A stretch of 64,000 nucleotides of DNA from Candidatus Moraniibacteriota bacterium (GTDB lineage Bacteria; Patescibacteriota; Minisyncoccia; Moranbacterales; UBA1568): positions 537 through 64,536 of the forward strand of contig JBPOIB010000006.1 in the NCBI GenBank assembly GCA_052034935.1. Direction: 5' to 3'. Position 1 is the first letter of the stretch, and every line of letters starts with the position of its first letter. Below, piece after piece: positions 9,167 through 19,616 of this stretch. The translations under genes and the position numbers were made by a program. The notes below the pieces were generated by a model. It was not told where the DNA came from. It worked only from the letters and a program-made list of their open reading frames with translations, and searched no databases.

Positions 9167-10153
9167 CTAAATACCGAAGTAGTCCTTATACCAGTCGACG
9201 AAATTCTTTATGCCGACATCGATGCGAGTGGTCGGTTTCCAGCCGAGTTTGCGGAGCTTGCGAATGTCCGCGACGGTCGACGGTACATCGCCAGGTTGGA
9301 TCGGCATCAGTTTTTTCTTGGCGACTTTGCCGACATTCTTTTCGATCACCTCGATGAAGCGCGTGAGCTTCTCTTCCCTGTCCCCACCAATATTCATCAC
9401 CGTGCAGGCGAGATTCGCATCGAGGCAGGTCAGGATGCCCGAGACGATATCGTCAACATAGGTAAAGTTCCGCGTCATGTTGCCGTGATTGTAGACTTTG
9501 ATAGTTTCGTCCGCAAAAATCGCGCGAGTAAAATCGAAGAGCGCCATGTCCGGTCGCCCCCACGGCCCGTAGACCGTGAAGAAGCGGAGTCCCGTCGTGG
9601 GGAGCCCATGGATATGACTGTAGACATGGGCCATGAGTTCGGTCGCTTTCTTTGTCGCAGCGTACGGCGAGATCGGCGTATCGACCGGATCGGCTTCGGA
9701 AAACGGCAGCTTCGTATTGTTGCCGTAGACGCTCGATGACGACGCGTAGAGAAAATTCTTCACACCGTACTTCACGGCAAGATCGAGCAGATAGGTTGTC
9801 CCCATCACATTCACATCGGCATACAGCGCCGGATCACGGAGACTATTCCGTACCCCCGCCATCGCCGCGAGATGGACCACTTTGTCCGGCCGCTCTTTCT
9901 TGAACAGCTTTTCGAGAAAAGCGCGGTCACGGATATCGCCGCGATAGAGCTTGAACTGGCCCTTGTAACCTTTCAGGAACTTCTTGATGCGATCTTCTTT
10001 GATCCGCGGATCATAGTAGTCATTGAAATTATCGATGAGTACCGGCATATCGCCGCGGTCCATCAGGGCCTTTGCGGTCGCCGAACCAATGAAGCCGGCT
10101 CCGCCTGTGATAAGCACCTTGATACCCTTCTTCGCCGCTTTCTTTTCCACCAT
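9167..10153 (-). CDS. NAD-dependent epimerase (UDP-glucuronate 4-epimerase-like)
   Basis: TGGAGFIG, YAATKK and LRFFTVYGPWGRPDMA motifs. Confidence 0.93.
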   Translation of the reverse strand: MVEKKAAKKGIKVLITGGAGFIGSATAKALMDRGDMPVLIDNFNDYYDPRIKEDRIKKFLKGYKGQFKLYRGDIRDRAFLEKLFKKERPDKVVHLAAMAGVRNSLRDPALYADVNVMGTTYLLDLAVKYGVKNFLYASSSSVYGNNTKLPFSEADPVDTPISPYAATKKATELMAHVYSHIHGLPTTGLRFFTVYGPWGRPDMALFDFTRAIFADETIKVYNHGNMTRNFTYVDDIVSGILTCLDANLACTVMNIGGDREEKLTRFIEVIEKNVGKVAKKKLMPIQPGDVPSTVADIRKLRKLGWKPTTRIDVGIKNFVDWYKDYFGI

Positions 10154-10163
10154 ACGATCGTGA

Positions 10164-10958
10164 TTATTTCTTACGGATGAATTCTTGCGCTCGTTTCCAC
10201 AGTCCGCGCGGACCGCTTCGCATCAGTTCACGGTACGCATTCCCAGCGATCGCGAATACTCGGCCGACCGGAGAACCGGGACGGAAGAACGACCGCTGAA
10301 GGGCGGCCCGCTTCTCCATGTGCCGGATAAGCTTTTCAGTGATCCGTTCGGCTTCCTCCGACGTGAGCACTCCTTTGCGGAGCACGATCGCGAACCCGTT
10401 ACCAATCTTGTCATCGGTGTCCTGGAAATCGACGAGCGACCAGTCGAGTCCGATTGAGCGCACCAGGTCGAGAACGTCTTCGGTTACCCAATAGCTGCAG
10501 TGACCAGTTTCCGGATCCGGTTCGACAGCTAAAGTACCCACATGGCGCGCCTGAAGCTCGGCGAATGTCGTCGCTTCCTTGCCGCGATCGAATGTCCGCT
10601 CGCGATGAGGCACGATCATATAGACATACCCGTCCGGCTTCACGACGCGATACCACTCGGTCAGCGCCTTGATCGGATCAGCAAAGTGCTCGAGTACGTG
10701 TGATGAGACGACGAAATCGACGGATCCGTCCGGAAACAGCAGAGCATCCCCGGGCGCGACGACATCTATGGGTGCAACCTCGCCCGAAATATGAAGCTCG
10801 CGTTTTTTATACGTGCTGCGATTAAACTCATCCGCGATATCGACATTTTGGGTATTGAGGCCGAAGGGATTATGCGCCGAAGCGCCGATCTCGATGCCAA
10901 TAAGGCCGTCGAGATAACGATGGGCGAGCTTACTTTCAGGAAATATCCGTTTCGCCAT
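10164..10958 (-). CDS. Class I SAM-dependent methyltransferase
   Basis: IEIG, DFVVSSHVLEH and WYRVVKPDG motifs. Confidence 0.85.
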   Translation of the reverse strand: MAKRIFPESKLAHRYLDGLIGIEIGASAHNPFGLNTQNVDIADEFNRSTYKKRELHISGEVAPIDVVAPGDALLFPDGSVDFVVSSHVLEHFADPIKALTEWYRVVKPDGYVYMIVPHRERTFDRGKEATTFAELQARHVGTLAVEPDPETGHCSYWVTEDVLDLVRSIGLDWSLVDFQDTDDKIGNGFAIVLRKGVLTSEEAERITEKLIRHMEKRAALQRSFFRPGSPVGRVFAIAGNAYRELMRSGPRGLWKRAQEFIRKK

Positions 10959-10969
10959 AGTAGTAAGTG

Positions 10970-12148
10970 TTATCCGATACGCGAACGCAGGTAAGTGTAG
11001 TATGCCTCATTCGCCGCATTTTTCGTAGTCGAGTACTGGAGAGCTGTCTCACGAGCCGCTCCCCCCAGCTTTTCCCGGAGCGCTGCATCGGCGATCAGCC
11101 GTCCGATCTTTTCCGCCCATTCCTCGGTCGTCGCCGCGATGAATCCGTCTGTCCCGTCGGTGATCGCTTCGCGGAACGTCTGTGTCGCTGCCGCTACCGT
11201 CGGTACGCCGACGATTCCCGCCTCGAAGAATTTCAGTTCCGATTTCGATTCGCAGAACGAGTTGCCGATTTCGAGCGGGGCGAGGTTGATATCGAGCGAC
11301 GCGATGTTGCCGAAAAGTTCACGCCGCGGTACGAACGCAACCCGCTCGATGCGGTCCGCGTACTGCTGCAGCCGGTCCTCGGTATCGAGCGGTCCCGCGA
11401 GGACGAGCCGCATCTCCGGATACTTTTCGAAAAGCATAATGAGCGCTTCGGAAATCGTCGCGAAGTCCTTGTTGTGGCTCGGTGTCCCGGAAAGATAGCC
11501 GACCCGGACTATTCCGTTAGACTTCTCTTTCGTCTTTTTTTCCAGAGCCGCTTCGGCCCACCAGACATCTTCTTCGGTCAACCGATTCGGCACGATGAAC
11601 ACTTCCTTGCCTTTCTCGCGAAGCTTATCAGCAAGGAAGCTCGTGGTCGTGGTCGCCGTCTTCACATACGGGTCAGCAAGAATCTCACCCCCGACGCCAT
11701 GTTCATACAGCTTGCGCTCGAGCGCATTCATCTGCTGCCAATAATCCATATGCACCAAAAACGCCGGATCGTACACGAGGTCGTCTGTCTCGAAGATGAT
11801 CGTCTTGCCGAGTTCTTTCGCTCGCGCGACGAGCCGCGCCACCGAGGGTGTCATGAGGACACGGTGGAGGACGAAAACCTGGAACGTCTCAGCGTATGAT
11901 GCGAGCCGCGGATTATCCTGTACTGTGACCGATGCTTTGAATCCGTGTAGCTGGAGTTCTTCGGCCACGTGCCTCGTCCGATAGCGTGCACTATCCCCCA
12001 CACCGCCTGAGACGAAGAGAATATCGCCGGGTGCCACGGGAGCGAAGAGTGCAACAAACGCTTCCGAGACGCGCCGCCCGCCGCGGACCAATCCGTCGCG
12101 ACGAATCACACTCCAAGCTTTCCCGATTTTGATGAGGAGAGTATTCAT
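10970..12148 (-). CDS. Glycosyltransferase (GT-B)
   Basis: FETDDL, DINLAPLE and KSELKFFEAG motifs. Confidence 0.85.
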   Translation of the reverse strand: MNTLLIKIGKAWSVIRRDGLVRGGRRVSEAFVALFAPVAPGDILFVSGGVGDSARYRTRHVAEELQLHGFKASVTVQDNPRLASYAETFQVFVLHRVLMTPSVARLVARAKELGKTIIFETDDLVYDPAFLVHMDYWQQMNALERKLYEHGVGGEILADPYVKTATTTTSFLADKLREKGKEVFIVPNRLTEEDVWWAEAALEKKTKEKSNGIVRVGYLSGTPSHNKDFATISEALIMLFEKYPEMRLVLAGPLDTEDRLQQYADRIERVAFVPRRELFGNIASLDINLAPLEIGNSFCESKSELKFFEAGIVGVPTVAAATQTFREAITDGTDGFIAATTEEWAEKIGRLIADAALREKLGGAARETALQYSTTKNAANEAYYTYLRSRIG

Positions 12149-12154
12149 ACTTCT

Positions 12155-13360
12155 CTACGGCCGCATGACAGCGCGATAGACATCAGCGAGGATCTCGCCG
12201 GTCCGGTCCCACGAGAATTTCTCCCGGGCCCGGTCACGATTCGCTTCGCCTTTGCGCCTCCTCAGTTCTGGATCACGGAAAAGCCGGAGTACGGCATCAG
12301 CGAGGCCCGCATCAGAAATCTCGCGCGCATACTCCCCGCCTTCAGCGAGATACTCGCGATTATTCTCCGTATCGAAGCCGACGACCGGCAGCCCGGCACC
12401 CATGTACTGGAGCATTTTCCCGCTCGCCTGACCAACACCTTCCTCTTTCGGATCGATGCCGACATCGCTCATCGCGAGGATCTCGCGGAGTGAAAAATAC
12501 GGTAAGGGCGTAATCGGCGTCACCCGGTCCATCCACGGCTGGTCTTCGAAGTACAGGGCCACTTCGTTCCAGGGAAATCCCGCGACGATGATATGGGCTT
12601 TCGGATGTCCCGCGAGGATAGCCGGAATCGCGTTCACGAAGTGGCGGATGCCTTTGTTCGCGACGAGCGCACCAGTATACACCGCGACGAGCGCGTCTTC
12701 CGGAATGCCGTATTTCCGCCGGAGTGCGGCGCGCGGAAACTCGAGCACCTCCTCGCCGTCCGTTCCGACACCGTCAGGCACCGTGACCGGCTCATTCTTT
12801 TTTCTCATCGCTGAGATTTCCCGCGTGTTCTTCCACGAACTCGTCACCGCGCGGTCACCGAGATTGTCGACCACGCGCTCTACCCATTCGAATAAGCGTC
12901 TGAGCGGTCCCGACTGAAGATACGCATGCGACACCATTTCCTTCGTCAGGCTGCCATGAAAATCCCCGACGAGTTTCATCTTCCGCCAGAAAAGTGCTTT
13001 CTGTACCACCCAGCCGATGAGCACGCCTTCGTGCAAGTGCCCGTGGAGGATATCGGGCCGCGTCGTTCGCGCGAGGAAAAAGGTTTTGCGGATAAGCATC
13101 AGATCGAGGATGAGCTTCTGCCAGTCCGGACCGGCTTCGAGCTTCTTATACCAGAAAAGAAGCCGACGGATGCGGCGCACCTCGATCTTTTTCGCAAGCG
13201 GTTCCGGTAGGTCTTGACCGATATGATAAGTCGCAATCGTAACCGAAAAGCCGCGCCGCTCAAGGGCGAGCGCTTCTTCCAGAATACGGATATGTGTCCC
13301 CCGGTCCGAAAAGAACGGGGTCGGGGCGATCATGAGGATTTTTTTGCCTGTTTCAGCCAT
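12155..13360 (-). CDS. Glycosyltransferase family 4
   Basis: MIAPTPFFSDRG, HGHLHEG and GKMLQYMGAGLPVV motifs; start taken at MAETGKK. Confidence 0.88.
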   Translation of the reverse strand: MAETGKKILMIAPTPFFSDRGTHIRILEEALALERRGFSVTIATYHIGQDLPEPLAKKIEVRRIRRLLFWYKKLEAGPDWQKLILDLMLIRKTFFLARTTRPDILHGHLHEGVLIGWVVQKALFWRKMKLVGDFHGSLTKEMVSHAYLQSGPLRRLFEWVERVVDNLGDRAVTSSWKNTREISAMRKKNEPVTVPDGVGTDGEEVLEFPRAALRRKYGIPEDALVAVYTGALVANKGIRHFVNAIPAILAGHPKAHIIVAGFPWNEVALYFEDQPWMDRVTPITPLPYFSLREILAMSDVGIDPKEEGVGQASGKMLQYMGAGLPVVGFDTENNREYLAEGGEYAREISDAGLADAVLRLFRDPELRRRKGEANRDRAREKFSWDRTGEILADVYRAVMRP

Positions 13361-13462
13361 ATGCCTCCAGTATACCCTAGGCAGATTTCCGAGGGAAAAA
13401 GAAAAACGCCAGGGAGCCGTTTGGCTCTCTGGCATTGTTTTCAGGCTCGGACTGACCGAACT

Positions 13463-14104
13463 CTAGTGCTGCTCTGTGGGCGAACCCGGTGCTGAAGAAG
13501 TCGGCACCACGCGAACCACACACGAGTTGCCGAGACACCGAATCAGGATGTTGTGCATCACCGTGATGAGGAACGCCTGCTCACGCTCACTGAGCCGCGT
13601 ATCCGTATCCCCACCCAGGATGAGCTGACAGCAGCGGACGAAGTTATCCTCCACTGCTCGCGTTCCCGAAGGAGACAGGAGAAAGTCGAGCTTCACCATC
13701 ATCTCGGTCTCGGCCTGGAGGATGGCGCTGGTCGCTTCGATGCCGATGACCGGATGCTCTGCCGTAAAGGCGACCATCTTCTGGTACAAGGCCGGCAAGG
13801 ATGGATGCTTCGACTTCTCGACGAGCGTGTCGAGATCGATCAGCATGTGTGGATCACCGTTCGCATCGATGAGCGAGTCCACTTCACTCGACCAGCGGTA
13901 CGGACCGCGAGGATGAGGAACGATGGACGGCAACGAACCGAACGGCAGGGACAGGACGATGGCTCCATCCGGCAGGCGGTCGAGGACGACGATCTGGTAA
14001 CCGGGCGGGACATGAGAACTGAGCGGACCGAGCACATCACCCGGCGCGATGCCCTCCATGCGGGCACGGAGTTCTTCGATCGCCTCACGAAGAGGGTCAG
14101 ACAT
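13463..14104 (-). CDS. Hypothetical protein, paralogue of 612-1424
   Basis: GAGGAG SD; colinear motifs shared with 612-1424. Confidence 0.75.
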   Translation of the reverse strand: MSDPLREAIEELRARMEGIAPGDVLGPLSSHVPPGYQIVVLDRLPDGAIVLSLPFGSLPSIVPHPRGPYRWSSEVDSLIDANGDPHMLIDLDTLVEKSKHPSLPALYQKMVAFTAEHPVIGIEATSAILQAETEMMVKLDFLLSPSGTRAVEDNFVRCCQLILGGDTDTRLSEREQAFLITVMHNILIRCLGNSCVVRVVPTSSAPGSPTEQH

Positions 14105-14259
14105 GGCACTATCTCCTCAAAACAGAGTTGTGGAAGGGATAAGGAATCTCACTTCTGCGAAAGACAGTTGTCTCGGGCAGAACCGTATCAAACTTTATTT
14201 TTTTTATTTTGTCAATAAAAAAAGACCTGCTTAGGTCTTTTTTTATCTCTCGCTCAGCA

Positions 14260-14628
14260 CTAGATCGCTGCTCCATCACCGAGATTCATATTCGCTTTGT
14301 ATTGCTCGATCACCTCCGGATGCTTACCGGCTTTGCAGTCATCGACAAAAACCTTCTCGTACTCCCAATCCGTGAACGTCATATATGTCGGTGCCTGTTC
14401 ACAAACAGCATTGATATCAATCTTCGCACCCGGTATCGGCACTACTGCCGGCACTTCTTGCGGCAGTTCAACTAGCCCCCCAGCCGGGAGCGGAGCCGTC
14501 TTCACCGGTGCCATCGCCGGATGCGGCACCGGGGTCGCCTGCCACTTCTCTATGTACCAGAAAGAAACTCCCGAGATGAGAACCGAAAATCCGAGGAGCG
14601 AGAGTAGGACGACGAGCCGTGGATGCAT
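14260..14628 (-). CDS. Membrane-anchored hypothetical protein
   Basis: N-terminal TM, Pro-rich linker, small domain with two Cys. Confidence 0.7.
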   Translation of the reverse strand: MHPRLVVLLSLLGFSVLISGVSFWYIEKWQATPVPHPAMAPVKTAPLPAGGLVELPQEVPAVVPIPGAKIDINAVCEQAPTYMTFTDWEYEKVFVDDCKAGKHPEVIEQYKANMNLGDGAAI

Positions 14629-14709
14629 AAGTATATATGTATGATATTTAGCTCCGGTATTCTACCAAATCCCTACTTGAAAAGAAAAGTCGCGCACTAT
14701 CCGACTGTT

Positions 14710-16485
14710 TTATCTGAGAATATCACGCAGCCGGCATCGGGCCGCCGAGGTTGAATCACACGGATAGACGGTATATGCATTAGCCCGAATGAGCTCGGCA
14801 CGCTTTTCCTCCGTCATAGGAATGAGTGAAGCGACATGAGACGGAGCGAGTATGAATACGACGAGCGTACCGAAATCAACCCGTTTGACTACTTGAAACC
14901 GTCCATCCGTCTCAACCGGCTGTGAGTCATCCTCAAGCATCTTGTCGGTGCGACGGACGACGACATATAGACCCTTCGGATCGTAGTATTCGTCTGACGG
15001 TGGCAGCATCGTTATGGCATGCCGGTACCAAAGTTCGACGGTGAGCGCTCGCTCCTCATACGCAGGCACACGCCCATAGACGACCATCGCACCACTTTCT
15101 CTCACGGCTGAAGCGATTGCGTCGCCCATCGCCTGGTACTGGCGCATATTGGCCCGGTAATACTCTTCCAAAACTGTCAGCTCGAAGTCAGGATCATAGT
15201 GTCCATCATACCGTGACGTCGTATTCACCCACTGTGCGCTCGCCACAATGGAGAGACCAAGCAGCACGGTGGCAATGACACCCGCAATTTTCTTCACTGG
15301 CCAAGAGAGCACACGGGTGAGCACCCAACCGTAGAGAAAAAGCGGGAGAAAATAAACGATATGGAAATAGCGAGGATCCGATGAAAGGGAAAGCGGCGTG
15401 ACGATTGTGAGCGAGACTATGGAGAGAATGCCCATCATTGTCCACCACGCTTTCACCTCGTGGGATGAGGCCCGAATCTCGCGCCACAGGAAATACCAAC
15501 CAGAAATGATAGCGCCCATACCGGCAGCGATCACCGCCATCAAACCAAGGTTGCGGCTGATGAGCGCCGAAAGTGATTTGGACGAATCGAGTCGGGCGAT
15601 ATCGGGCAGAATGTCATGAGATGAAAGCACAACGAGATGATACCAGACGATATCGTACGCCATCTTGAATACCGCCTTAGAGAGATCGAGCAGCGAGTCG
15701 ACGCGCCCAGCACCAGTCGCGAAAAAAGACTTCGTCACGGCGAACTGGGTCAGATATTCGCTAAGAAGCACTGGTAGAAAAAGAATGACGAGCACTCCCG
15801 AAGCGACGGCCCATTCCCCGGCGGTACGGAGCAGTCGCAGGCGCCACTGCCACAAGATGAGTGTGATCGGAACGATGGCAAAAGTGATCGCATGAAGCTG
15901 CATCAGGACTCCAGCCGCGAGAGCGAAAAGAGCCGCGACGAGCAATCGGTGCTCCTGCCTGAGATACAGCTGCCACGCAGCGAGGAGAAGAGCTGTGACG
16001 AAAAATGGAATGACGTTCGGATTCCAGGTGAAACGGGCGAGCGAGACGAAGATGAGTCCTCCGGCGACATGCGCCGTCAGGATGAGGCTCACCATGGGAC
16101 CGAAAAATCCGCGCGCCAGAAGAAAAAACAGGCCGATGGTCGCGATAGAAAGGATTGCCTCGATGAGGAGCACTCCATAGGGCTCGTCGATACCTGTCAA
16201 CGAAAGACCGGCGATCTGAAAATAGTTATGGATCGGTCCGAGGTGGAAATTCGTTCCCCCAGCCCGAGCACCGAGCAGTGGTAGATTGGCCATGCCTTCC
16301 GAAATGACTCCAGCCGCCATGCGGTAATCCCGCGCCTGATCGATACTCCAGAGCATAGCTCCAGGCATATCGTAGAGACGGAGCGCTGCGCCGCAAAGCA
16401 TGACCGCTATCACAACGATAGCCACTGCGTTTTTTGGTTGTTTTAGAAATGAGAGAACCGAATCGAAACGAAACATAGGCCGCAT
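14710..16485 (-). CDS. GT-C glycosyltransferase (ArnT/PMT, family 39-like)
   Basis: Multi-TM protein with DQARD, LGP..Y, WNPN and QLH motifs. Confidence 0.8.
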   Translation of the reverse strand: MRPMFRFDSVLSFLKQPKNAVAIVVIAVMLCGAALRLYDMPGAMLWSIDQARDYRMAAGVISEGMANLPLLGARAGGTNFHLGPIHNYFQIAGLSLTGIDEPYGVLLIEAILSIATIGLFFLLARGFFGPMVSLILTAHVAGGLIFVSLARFTWNPNVIPFFVTALLLAAWQLYLRQEHRLLVAALFALAAGVLMQLHAITFAIVPITLILWQWRLRLLRTAGEWAVASGVLVILFLPVLLSEYLTQFAVTKSFFATGAGRVDSLLDLSKAVFKMAYDIVWYHLVVLSSHDILPDIARLDSSKSLSALISRNLGLMAVIAAGMGAIISGWYFLWREIRASSHEVKAWWTMMGILSIVSLTIVTPLSLSSDPRYFHIVYFLPLFLYGWVLTRVLSWPVKKIAGVIATVLLGLSIVASAQWVNTTSRYDGHYDPDFELTVLEEYYRANMRQYQAMGDAIASAVRESGAMVVYGRVPAYEERALTVELWYRHAITMLPPSDEYYDPKGLYVVVRRTDKMLEDDSQPVETDGRFQVVKRVDFGTLVVFILAPSHVASLIPMTEEKRAELIRANAYTVYPCDSTSAARCRLRDILR

Positions 16486-16684
16486 CTTGGCTGAGTATTT
16501 AGTAGGACGACACCGCCTTCACCCTAGCAAATCCCATCCGAAAAGAAAAAGTGGTTAAGGCTCAAACTAACAGAAGTCGTCTACCAAGATCATTGCGATT
16601 TTTTACTTACGCCACGATTTCTAGCGACGTCAAGACTGGCGAAGATTTCTAGATTTGCTAGATTAGGATGTTTAGAAATTCCCT

Positions 16685-18631
16685 ATGGCCATCCGCTCGA
16701 TTTTCTACACTTCACTCATCGCCACTCTCCTCCTCACCCCTCTGGATACGCTTGCTGCGGTAATCTTGAGCGAGGTTCAAATCGAGGGAGAAAAAGCAGC
16801 CGATGAATTCATCGAACTTTATAATGATAGCAACGATTCGGTAAACCTCTCCGGTTGGAGTCTGCGGCGAAAAAGTGCAGGTGACACAACGGCAAAAGGC
16901 AGCTCACTCAAAACATTTGGCAGTAGCGACGCCATTCCTGCTCACGGCTACTTTCTCTGGGCGAATAGCAGTAGCCTGTTCAAAGACTTGGCCGATACAA
17001 CGACCGGATCAAGCCTCTCCGACAACAACAGCCTCGCACTGTACGACAAAACGGGAGTGCTGATTGATTCCCTCGCCTGGGGCACGGGCCATGTACTCCC
17101 CTTTTCCCCAGCCTCATTCGATAATCCAGACAAAAACAAAAGTTTTACCCGCGACCTCGACACACTCGATTGGAGTGAGACCGACGAAACTTCACCCACA
17201 AATTCCCGTGGCGAATCATTCCCAACCGAAGAAGAACCGCCAGCGCCAGTCGGACCCGGACTTCAGTCCATACTTATCAATGAAGTTTTTCCCAATCCGA
17301 AGGAAAAAGATGATGCCGGGGAATTTATCGAGCTTTATAATCCTACCGACAAGATAGTTGACCTCTCTGATTGGGAAATCCGCGATGCATCAGCAAGTGG
17401 AAAATATATCTTCCCAAGCGGCAGCACTCTCCCCTCTCTCGGATATCTCGTCATCTCTGATAAAGAGTTCTCACTCTCGCTCAATAATTCCGACGAGACA
17501 GTATCGCTGTACGATCAATCAGGGCGACTGGTACACCAGGTAAAGTACGAGAAAACAAAAGAAGGTATCTCGCTCAATCTGGTCGGAAGCGGACTGCGGG
17601 GTGCGAGAAAGCCGACCCCCGGCAGCGCAAACAGCGAAAATATGAATCCGACTACCCGTGAGCGCGTCCCAAAAGAGGGCTACCGTGATTTCGCTATTGA
17701 ATTCCACGCGCGAGGCAAGGATAGCGACGGGGATAGTCTCAAATTCACCTGGGACTTCGGCGACGGCCGCAAGAGCTACAAAGAAAACACGACCCATAAA
17801 TACGAAAAGACTGGTCGTTACGTAGTCACCCTCACGACCGACGACGGCATCGATACAACAACTGAGAGCTTTGAGATCAAGATTGCAAAGTACGAAGCAC
17901 CGAAACTCCGCATCGTCGCTTTTGTGCCGAATCCGAAAGGCAAAGATAGCGACTTCGAATGGATCGAAATCGAGAATCGCGGCAAGAAGTCCGTTAATCT
18001 GAATGGCTTCAGTATCGCGACCGGTACCAAGAAAAAATCCGTGAGCAATCACCCGATCAGCAAAGACCTCATTATTCCTGGGAAATCAGTACGACGTATC
18101 ACGCGCAGCCATTCGCTCTTCACCCTGGGTAATGAACGCGGCATCATCGAGCTCCGTGCCCCGGACGGAGAAGTCATTCACGACGTAAAGTATAAATTCG
18201 ATAGATCACTCGACGATGATGTCGTCTTGAAGAAAGAAAAAGGGAAAGCGCTCACGCTCGTCACTCTACCTTCTGAAGCACAGAAATCTGAAGCTGAAAC
18301 TCCTGAGGAAAATCCCGATGCCAACACTCCATCAGCAGAAGAGACTATGCTAACGCCTCCACCAACCGAAGAGTCCACTGAAGCACCAGAAGCGCAAGCA
18401 CAACCGGCAGGTGATGCGAATGATACTCCGAAAGAAAGTTTGTCTAAAACTATTTCACCGTCTACAGGACTTCCACTTTCCGGTATTTCCTTCCTGGCCC
18501 GATTTTTCGGCGTGGAGCGAGGAGAAAACAAAAACATCCTCGCGCGGTGGGAGGATGTCTTGAATACCGTTTTGAACGAGTGGCTCGCCGATACGGCAGT
18601 GGCGACTAGGCGGCCGGAGGAGTCGGAGTAG
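16685..18631 (+). CDS. Secreted lamin-tail-domain protein with PKD domain
   Basis: Signal peptide; three E(F/W)IE(L/I).N repeats; WDFGDG PKD motif. Confidence 0.85.
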   Translation: MAIRSIFYTSLIATLLLTPLDTLAAVILSEVQIEGEKAADEFIELYNDSNDSVNLSGWSLRRKSAGDTTAKGSSLKTFGSSDAIPAHGYFLWANSSSLFKDLADTTTGSSLSDNNSLALYDKTGVLIDSLAWGTGHVLPFSPASFDNPDKNKSFTRDLDTLDWSETDETSPTNSRGESFPTEEEPPAPVGPGLQSILINEVFPNPKEKDDAGEFIELYNPTDKIVDLSDWEIRDASASGKYIFPSGSTLPSLGYLVISDKEFSLSLNNSDETVSLYDQSGRLVHQVKYEKTKEGISLNLVGSGLRGARKPTPGSANSENMNPTTRERVPKEGYRDFAIEFHARGKDSDGDSLKFTWDFGDGRKSYKENTTHKYEKTGRYVVTLTTDDGIDTTTESFEIKIAKYEAPKLRIVAFVPNPKGKDSDFEWIEIENRGKKSVNLNGFSIATGTKKKSVSNHPISKDLIIPGKSVRRITRSHSLFTLGNERGIIELRAPDGEVIHDVKYKFDRSLDDDVVLKKEKGKALTLVTLPSEAQKSEAETPEENPDANTPSAEETMLTPPPTEESTEAPEAQAQPAGDANDTPKESLSKTISPSTGLPLSGISFLARFFGVERGENKNILARWEDVLNTVLNEWLADTAVATRRPEESE

Positions 18632-19397
18632 TGTCTGACTTTGAAACTTCGGTTTTTTCCGGAGTCGGGGTAGCAGCCACCTCCGGTGCTTTTGACTCGA
18701 CGGCTGGAACCGTCGCAGCAACCGGAACTTCAACCGCCGGCGTGACTACGACTGCGGCCGGTGTGGCAGCAGCGAGATTGAACGCTTGGTCGTAAAGTGA
18801 GCGGTAAACGAAAATGAGCGCGAGCGAGACGACCGGCAGTGCGATGAAGAGTCCGACACCGAGTGCGAGCGTCCCAAGGATGATGATACCAATCGAGGCG
18901 AACGTGAAACCGACGATGAGCCACTTCACACCATCCGTCAGCTGGCCGCTCATCTTGAGCGAATCGAAGGCGCCGACTTTCTTATCAGCAATGAGGAAGC
19001 CGTAGAAGCAATATTTGATCATGAAGTAGAGACCCGGGATGATGAAGGCAACCAATCCGAGAATGACGATCATACCGTAGAGAATCGATGCACCGACATA
19101 GGACAACGTTTCTTCGTGCCAGAGGAAGAGATCGGTCCACTTCGGCTTCTCGCCATCGAAGAGGTGGATGGTGATGACGAGAAAGTTGAAGTTGAGCCAG
19201 ATGCGGAGCAACCCGCCGATGACCGCAAAAATACCCGAGGTCGGCTCAATCCCCTTGTACGGACCCTCCGAGAGAGCCGTAAAGACCGCACTCGCAAAGA
19301 AGATAGTTGCATACGCCGCGAGAAGAAAGACCCAGTGTTCTTTGAGCTTGGCCCAGCCGTCTGCGAATGCGTCCTTGAACGAAAAATTCTTGTTCAT
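18606..19397 (-). CDS. Integral membrane protein (DUF975-like) with Ala/Pro/Thr tail
   Basis: Multiple TM helices; IIPG.Y...Y and SLKMS..LT.G patterns. Confidence 0.75.
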   Translation of the reverse strand: MNKNFSFKDAFADGWAKLKEHWVFLLAAYATIFFASAVFTALSEGPYKGIEPTSGIFAVIGGLLRIWLNFNFLVITIHLFDGEKPKWTDLFLWHEETLSYVGASILYGMIVILGLVAFIIPGLYFMIKYCFYGFLIADKKVGAFDSLKMSGQLTDGVKWLIVGFTFASIGIIILGTLALGVGLFIALPVVSLALIFVYRSLYDQAFNLAAATPAAVVVTPAVEVPVAATVPAVESKAPEVAATPTPEKTEVSKSDTTPTPPAA

Positions 19398-19415
19398 AAT
19401 GTATTTATTGAAGTG

Positions 19416-19486
19416 AGCGGGTAACGGGAATCGAACCCGTCGCTTAACCTTGGGAAGGTCACGTATTACCACTATACTATACCCGC
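19416..19486 (-). tRNA. tRNA-Gly(CCC)
   Basis: Cloverleaf; anticodon loop TTCCCAA; GGTTCGATTCC. Confidence 0.93.
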
Positions 19487-19616
19487 GGCGGCGCCTGTTT
19501 CGGGGGTTAGCGCGTACTCTTTATAGCCTATGGAGCCGAGCAAATCAAGGGTTCGTCAAAGGAGCGAGTTCTTGATAGTATTGAGGGGTACGACCTAAAT
19601 TTTTTTCTCACTCGCC

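Noticed and set aside
10967-11899. 310-aa plus-strand ORF
   Set aside because: Shadow ORF antisense to a clear glycosyltransferase.
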